Position numbers and translations under genes: made by a program. Below, in pieces: positions 58,863 to 64,000 of a DNA stretch of 64,000 nucleotides (the stretch's first letter is position 1; every line of letters begins with the position of its first letter). Location: positions 64,001 to 128,000 of the forward strand of contig CAWCAG010000005.1 of the NCBI GenBank assembly GCA_963793425.1. Reading direction: 5' to 3'. The stretch comes from an uncultured cyanobacterium (lineage in GTDB: Bacteria > Cyanobacteriota > Cyanobacteriia > Cyanobacteriales > CAWCAG01). The notes below the pieces were generated by a model. It did not search any database. It was not told the DNA's origin and worked only from the letters and a program-made list of their open reading frames with translations.

Positions 58863-59498
58863 TTAATTCTCTTCTAATCTTCTAATTTCTGCCTGCGCTC
58901 TATTGTAAGAATTTGTATTCCCTTCTTGGTCAAACACCCCACCACCACTCATACCTTCCAATGTAGGGTTAGAATATTGCCAAGCATAGCCGTCATTATC
59001 TAAGGGGTAAGAGTTAACGGTATTAATCTCCCCTCCCACAAAGCGATAAACTATCTCATTGTCGGTGTATGTAGCATCAGGAAACCCGGTGACAAAAACG
59101 GAGTTACCTTCTGAGAGTTTTTCAGAATCACCTAACTTTGCAACAGGATAATTTTTAGAACTAGTAAATTGAACAACTGCTAAATCTACCCCTGCAATTA
59201 TTTGTGTAGCGCGAGGGTTAAATTCATAACCATCTTCAGGATTTTCTGGGGTGAATAAATATCCTTCCAAGGCATCTTCTACTACATGACGAGCGGTGAG
59301 GACATGATAAGTATTATCTTCTTTTTTGATGATAACTCCAGAGCCAATTCCAGACCCCGACTCAGTACGTACCGAAAGACGTACAGTAACAGGTTTAGCT
59401 ATTTGACTAATTTCAGATGGATCAAGGGCTTGGGCAGTTTCGGCATAAATAATTAAAGCAGCAGGCAGAGCCAAAAGAGGAAATAAGTGTCTCATCAT
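58863..59498 (-). CDS. Paralogous trypsin-like protease with internal deletion (no TPRs)
   Basis: Closely similar to 57511-58728 up to GGVFDQ, then jumps to the C-terminal helix. Confidence 0.8.
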   Translation of the reverse strand: MMRHLFPLLALPAALIIYAETAQALDPSEISQIAKPVTVRLSVRTESGSGIGSGVIIKKEDNTYHVLTARHVVEDALEGYLFTPENPEDGYEFNPRATQIIAGVDLAVVQFTSSKNYPVAKLGDSEKLSEGNSVFVTGFPDATYTDNEIVYRFVGGEINTVNSYPLDNDGYAWQYSNPTLEGMSGGGVFDQEGNTNSYNRAQAEIRRLEEN

Positions 59499-59573
59499 CT
59501 ATCTAAGGGACTATTTATTATCAGTATTTTACCTTAGATGCTTGAGATTTAGATATTTTCTAGCTAAAAGCCT

Positions 59574-59727
59574 TGTAGGGTGGGCAAGTTGCCATCAATT
59601 CTCGGTTGCGATCATATTGTCTATCTTACTTGCCCACCATATAAACTGGGCCGAGATGATTTTGGTGGGCAAAAGGTAAAAGTTTTCTGCGGCAAGGTTA
59701 TTGATGATCTTTTTTGCCCACCCTACA
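59574..59727. repeat. GTAG-family REP doublet (REPIN/BIME-like)
   Basis: tgtagggtgggcaa...ttgcccacca...tggtgggcaa...ttgcccaccctaca. Confidence 0.8.
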
Positions 59728-59900
59728 GTTAACTTAATTCTGGAAAATGCCGACTACTCATGACGCTGCAAAGCCTGTTGAGCATTACTACACTCATTCC
59801 AAGCATACTAACTAATAACGGATTGGAAGGATTTTAGGTAATGAACAACAATCACGAATAAAAGATTTAAACTCGGCGATCGCTCTTTGAATAGCCACCA

Positions 59901-60512
59901 TTAGCGGATAAAACCAATTCTTTTTAAAGGCCAAAAACGGAACACTGCCCGACCAATAATTTGTTGTTTTGGTAAAAAGCCCCAAACATGGGAATCATTG
60001 CTGTTATTACGATTGTCTCCCATCATAAACAAACTCTTCTCTGGTACTTGTTGTTTAAATAACTGATAATGAGGAGGTTCAGCAATATAATTTTCTTTTA
60101 AAGGTACATCGTTTAAATAAACAGTATTATTTTCCACTGCCACAGTATCTCCTGCTGTACCTACTACTCTTTTAATAAAAGCTTGGTTAGCATCATAACC
60201 TTGCATTTGCAATTGTAGGGGGGGTTGAAAAACAACTATGTTTCCTTTCTGGGGAGAGGTGAACAAAGAAGAAACTTTCTCGACTACAATGCGATCGCCT
60301 ACTTCTAAGGTAGGAAACATCGAATCAGAGGGAATATAGCGAGGTTCAGCAATAAAAAAGCGAATGAAAAGAGAAATTGCTAATGCTAGGACAAGAATTT
60401 GTAGGTTTTCTTTAATACTCTTACCAATTAAACCACCAAGAGATTTTTCTTGATGAGAATCAGAAGAAGATTCTTTTTCTTTAGTTGTTAAATTTTCTTG
60501 TTCAGATGTCAT
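59901..60512 (-). CDS. lepB: Signal peptidase I
   Basis: IPSDSM, FIKRVVG, GDNRNNSNDS. Confidence 0.95.
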   Translation of the reverse strand: MTSEQENLTTKEKESSSDSHQEKSLGGLIGKSIKENLQILVLALAISLFIRFFIAEPRYIPSDSMFPTLEVGDRIVVEKVSSLFTSPQKGNIVVFQPPLQLQMQGYDANQAFIKRVVGTAGDTVAVENNTVYLNDVPLKENYIAEPPHYQLFKQQVPEKSLFMMGDNRNNSNDSHVWGFLPKQQIIGRAVFRFWPLKRIGFIR

Positions 60513-60552
60513 ACTGAGTTCTGTTTAGTTGCAGAGGTTATTGATTAGGGCA

Positions 60553-60605
60553 GGGAGTAGGGAGTAGGGAATAGGAAATAGGGAATAGGAAATAGGGAAT
60601 AGGGA
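60553..60605. repeat. Heptamer STRR tract (aggga[a/g]t)
   Basis: agggagtagggagtagggaataggaaatagggaataggaaatagggaataggg. Confidence 0.85.
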
Positions 60606-60761
60606 TTAAAAGAAAATTACTTACTCTGTTCCCACAGTGTATGACGTAATATGATGTAAATAGAAAACAAGTCGCTTGTACCAATGAATGATTGTCCACT
60701 ATTAATTATTGAAATTGTACGGCTTGCCGTCACCTCAAGCTAAATTGATAACTGATAACTG

Positions 60762-62000
60762 ATGAGTTGGCAAAAACGTCTTACTAATACTTGGAACAAT
60801 GCTACAGGGAGTTTAAGCAAACTTCTTCCTGTGGAGCAAGTAACTCGCACTGCGGTAGGCTGGTTTAGCATCAGCGATACTAGAGTAGCAGAGATTTTAG
60901 CTACTGTACGGGCGGAATTGCCTACCACAGAGGCTGTTTTGATTGGTAAACCTCAAGCTGGTAAAAGTTCCATTGTACGAGGGCTAACGGGGGTTTCAGC
61001 AGAAATTATTGGGCAAGGTTTTCGGCCCCATACTCAACATACAGAACGTTACGCTTATCCTTCTGGGGATCTGCCTTTGCTGATTTTTACTGATACCGTC
61101 GGCTTGGGGGATATCAACCAAAATACCGAAGCGGTGGTAGAGGAGTTAGTAGGGGAATTAGAAAAAGATAGTGACTGCGCCAGAATTTTGATTCTCACGG
61201 TTAAAATTAACGACTTCGCCACGGATACATTAAGACAAGTTGCCGAACAACTACACCAACGCTATACCAACATTCCTTGTTTATTAGTCGTAACTTGTTT
61301 GCATGAAATCTATCCCCCCAATACAGAAGATCATCCTGCTTATCCCCCTAACTGGGAAGAAATTAACCGTGCTTTTGTTGCTATTCAAGAAGACTTTGCT
61401 GAATTTAGTGATCGTGCTATCTTAATTGACTTTACCTTAGAAGAAGATGGCTATAACCCTGTTTTTTATGGTTTAGAAGCTTTCCGAGATGCCCTGACAG
61501 AGTTACTTCCTGAAGCAGAGGCAAAAGCGATTTATCAGTTGTTAGATGACAAAGACGCTGGTAAACAAATTGGCAATCTTTACCGAGATGTAGCCAGACG
61601 CTATATCCTCGCCTTTTCAATCATGGCTGCCACCCTTGCTGCTGTGCCTTTACCCTTCGCCACCATGCCTGTACTCACCAGCATTCAAGTATCCTTAGTG
61701 GGGCTTCTCGGCAAGTTATACGGGCAAACTCTCAGCCCTTCCCAAGCAGGAGGAGTTGTTAGTGCGATCGCAGGAGGATTTTTAGCCCAAGCAGTGGGGC
61801 GAGAATTAGTTAAATTCATCCCCGGATTAGGTAGTGCGATCGCCGCTTCCTGGGCAGCCGCTTATACTTGGGCATTAGGAGAAGGGGCTTGCGTTTATTT
61901 CGGTGATTTAATGGGAGGCAAGAAACCAGATCCCCAAGAGATTCAGTTAGTAATGAAAGAAGCTTTTAAAGCAGCACAAAAAAGGTTTAATAATCAATAA
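60762..62000 (+). CDS. GTPase with DUF697/YcjF-like C-terminus
   Basis: GKPQAGKS, DTVG, hydrophobic VPLPFA...KFIPGLG. Confidence 0.8.
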   Translation: MSWQKRLTNTWNNATGSLSKLLPVEQVTRTAVGWFSISDTRVAEILATVRAELPTTEAVLIGKPQAGKSSIVRGLTGVSAEIIGQGFRPHTQHTERYAYPSGDLPLLIFTDTVGLGDINQNTEAVVEELVGELEKDSDCARILILTVKINDFATDTLRQVAEQLHQRYTNIPCLLVVTCLHEIYPPNTEDHPAYPPNWEEINRAFVAIQEDFAEFSDRAILIDFTLEEDGYNPVFYGLEAFRDALTELLPEAEAKAIYQLLDDKDAGKQIGNLYRDVARRYILAFSIMAATLAAVPLPFATMPVLTSIQVSLVGLLGKLYGQTLSPSQAGGVVSAIAGGFLAQAVGRELVKFIPGLGSAIAASWAAAYTWALGEGACVYFGDLMGGKKPDPQEIQLVMKEAFKAAQKRFNNQ

Positions 62001-62256
62001 TCAACCCTTCATCATTTTCCGGTTCATTCATTTCTTCAAGAGTCTTCCATCCTGCTTCCCAGACAGCAGGATCTTTTAATTGCTTGGCGTTAACCCAAAA
62101 ACGGACTGTGGGATCACAAGAAGACAACATTTCTGCAAAAACCCATTTACCTTGGTTTTTGCGATTAGCCACCTCAAAGTGTCGCCAACCGAAAGTTTTT
62201 TGACAAGCTGTCCATTTTGAACCAAGCAGATGAGGAAACTTTTGTTTTTTTGCCAT
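61987..62256 (-). CDS. TIGR02450-family Trp-rich protein
   Basis: LLGSKWTA...GWRHFEV...WEAGW. Confidence 0.75.
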   Translation of the reverse strand: MAKKQKFPHLLGSKWTACQKTFGWRHFEVANRKNQGKWVFAEMLSSCDPTVRFWVNAKQLKDPAVWEAGWKTLEEMNEPENDEGLIIDY

Positions 62257-62264
62257 AGTTATTA

Positions 62265-62852
62265 CTAAATTTTCTTCTTGCCAATCAAATAAGCAGAGAC
62301 AACACCGCCTATAAAACCAAACAAATGTCCTTCCCAGGAAACGCGAGGATCAGTGGGCAATACTCCCCAAATCAAACCACCGTAGAGAACACCAACTGCG
62401 ATAGAAAGGACAATAGAAGGCAGATTCCGTTGAAAAAAGCCTCGTAGTAGCAGAAAACCTAAATAACCAAAAATTAAGCCACTAGCCCCCACATGAACCG
62501 AATCAGGAGAGCCAAACAACCAAGTCCCCAAACCACTAACTACCATCGTAATTAAAGTAACGAGGTGAAAATCGCTAGTTTCTTGTAACATCACCAACCA
62601 ACCTAAAGTAATGAAGGGTAATGTGTTAGCGATTAAATGTCCAAAGCCTCCGTGGAGAAACGGTGCGAATAAAATGCCCCGCAATCCAATCAGATTATGG
62701 GGAACGATGCCATATTGATCTAGTCCCATTCTTCGGTGGAAGAAAACAAAGTCAACAATTTCTAAAACCCAAAAAATCCCAACAAATACTCCCAAGATAA
62801 TTCCTTGGTTCGTTAATTCTTGGGCAATTCCTTTTTTCTCTTGCTTATTCAT
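62265..62852 (-). CDS. Rhomboid intramembrane serine protease
   Basis: FLHGGFGHLIAN, GASG, SWEGHLFG. Confidence 0.92.
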   Translation of the reverse strand: MNKQEKKGIAQELTNQGIILGVFVGIFWVLEIVDFVFFHRRMGLDQYGIVPHNLIGLRGILFAPFLHGGFGHLIANTLPFITLGWLVMLQETSDFHLVTLITMVVSGLGTWLFGSPDSVHVGASGLIFGYLGFLLLRGFFQRNLPSIVLSIAVGVLYGGLIWGVLPTDPRVSWEGHLFGFIGGVVSAYLIGKKKI

Positions 62853-63082
62853 GGTTAGTCTGATGGGGGAAACTGCATTTTGGCCCTACTTATCTAAGGT
62901 AGCAAAAACATGGGGTTTGCTAATTGCTAACTGCTAACTGCTAATGGTATGGAGTTTAGTCTTTCCCCCACACTTCTCTATCTCCCTAACTCCCCTTCTC
63001 TCCGTACAAACCTTGTTAAGCTAGAAGTTGCGCGATTGAGTACTTTGGTATAAAAGGAGCAAAAACAATAAGTATAATAGCT

Positions 63083-63814
63083 TTGTGGCTAACGATAGCA
63101 AGTTTTGTGGGCTGGTTTGTTAGCACTTTAGCCGGGGGCGGTAGTTCCTTAATTTTACTACCCTTAATCAGTATTTTTCTGGGGACGGCTGCGGTTGCGC
63201 CAGTCATAACTACCGGAATGCTTTTCGGGAATGGTCAAAGAGTCATTTTGTATTGGCAAAATATTTGTTGGGAAATTACCAGATGGTATTTACCTGGTGC
63301 TATTTTTGGTGCTACTTTAGGGGCTTTTATTTTTACAAGAACAGAAATTACTTGGCTCAATCTTCTTCTCGCTATTTTTATCTTAGCTTCAGTTGTTGGT
63401 TATGGTTTCGGAGACAAAAATAAATCATTTACTGTTCGTACTTGGTATTTTCTACCGGGGGGATTTTTTTATGCTTTTCTTTCTGGTTTAATTGGCAGTG
63501 CAGGGCCTTTGTTAACCAGTTTTTATCTTAATTACGGCTTAAAAAAAGAAGAATTAATTGCTACAAAAGCAACTAATATTTTATTCGTACATATAATTAA
63601 AATCATTGCCTATTCTATGTTTGGAACTTGGCATTCATCTTATTTAATTTACGGTCTAGTAATTGGCATAGCGGCATTTCCAGGTAACTGGTTAGGGCGA
63701 ATCGCTTTGCAAAAAGTTAGCGAAAATCGCTTCAAGCAACTCGTTATTGTTTTTATCGCTTTCAGTGGAATGTTGATGTTGTGGCAACAGCGGCAGTTTT
63801 TGCTACTTTGGTAG
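63083..63814 (+). CDS. TauE/SafE family permease
   Basis: GGGSSLILLP, SGLIGSAGP, multi-TM. Confidence 0.85.
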   Translation: MWLTIASFVGWFVSTLAGGGSSLILLPLISIFLGTAAVAPVITTGMLFGNGQRVILYWQNICWEITRWYLPGAIFGATLGAFIFTRTEITWLNLLLAIFILASVVGYGFGDKNKSFTVRTWYFLPGGFFYAFLSGLIGSAGPLLTSFYLNYGLKKEELIATKATNILFVHIIKIIAYSMFGTWHSSYLIYGLVIGIAAFPGNWLGRIALQKVSENRFKQLVIVFIAFSGMLMLWQQRQFLLLW

Positions 63815-63825
63815 TCTGACACTCC

Positions 63826-64000
63826 CTACCAAGGATTACCAACCATGGTGAAACTACTCCAATAGTAGGGATGAGTTAAATCTATATTGCCGTATTTACT
63901 CAACTCTCTAGGTAGTTCTATAACCGAACCGTTAGGAAAGATTAGTTGGTCATTTTCTACGCGAACTTTTCCTTCTAACATAGCTAGTTGAGCAGAACGT
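63826..64000 (-). CDS. 3' end of a CHAT domain protein (partial)
   Basis: Minus strand reads ...DLTHPYYWSSFTMVGNPW*. Confidence 0.85.
   Translation of the reverse strand, partial: RSAQLAMLEGKVRVENDQLIFPNGSVIELPRELSKYGNIDLTHPYYWSSFTMVGNPW

Noticed and set aside
60553..60605. Tandem repeats as a CRISPR array (also 22320-22360, 38215-38285)
   Set aside because: Heptamer STRR units with no spacers and no cas genes

Overview
Chromosomal window from a low-GC cyanobacterium. Evidence: roughly 30 HIP1 octamers (GCGATCGC), heptamer STRR tracts, and cyanobacterial marker genes (ndhS, cupA, psb34-like, bicA, sbtA/sbtB, PEP-CTERM). Most of the window is housekeeping: xfp, adk, dcd, thyX, mltA, dacB, pgi, surE, glgP, mutS2, nadB, lepB. 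Accessory pieces are scattered among these: (i) a coupled pair of an HsdR-N-like PD-(D/E)XK nuclease fused to a ParA/Soj ATPase and a degenerate ParB-like/HhH/Rho-N protein, my best candidate for an uncharacterised system; (ii) a DUF488-DUF488-dual-OB operon; (iii) a STAND-like ATPase-HTH regulator convergent with a Tat-exported ferritin-like gene carrying phased TGAACA repeats; (iv) an EF-G paralogue truncated by a decayed IS200/IS605 tnpB element that is itself invaded by small dispersed repeats; (v) a high-GC sbtA-sbtB cassette with a 1-nt frameshift; (vi) a LAGLIDADG intein in thyX; (vii) a DUF1611 + PLP-racemase operon behind an NtcA-type box; (viii) a probable Yfr2 sRNA; (ix) a duplicated trypsin-TPR gene with an in-frame deletion. 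I recognised no tRNA, rRNA or CRISPR array. All family calls are by eye from motifs; no searches were run.
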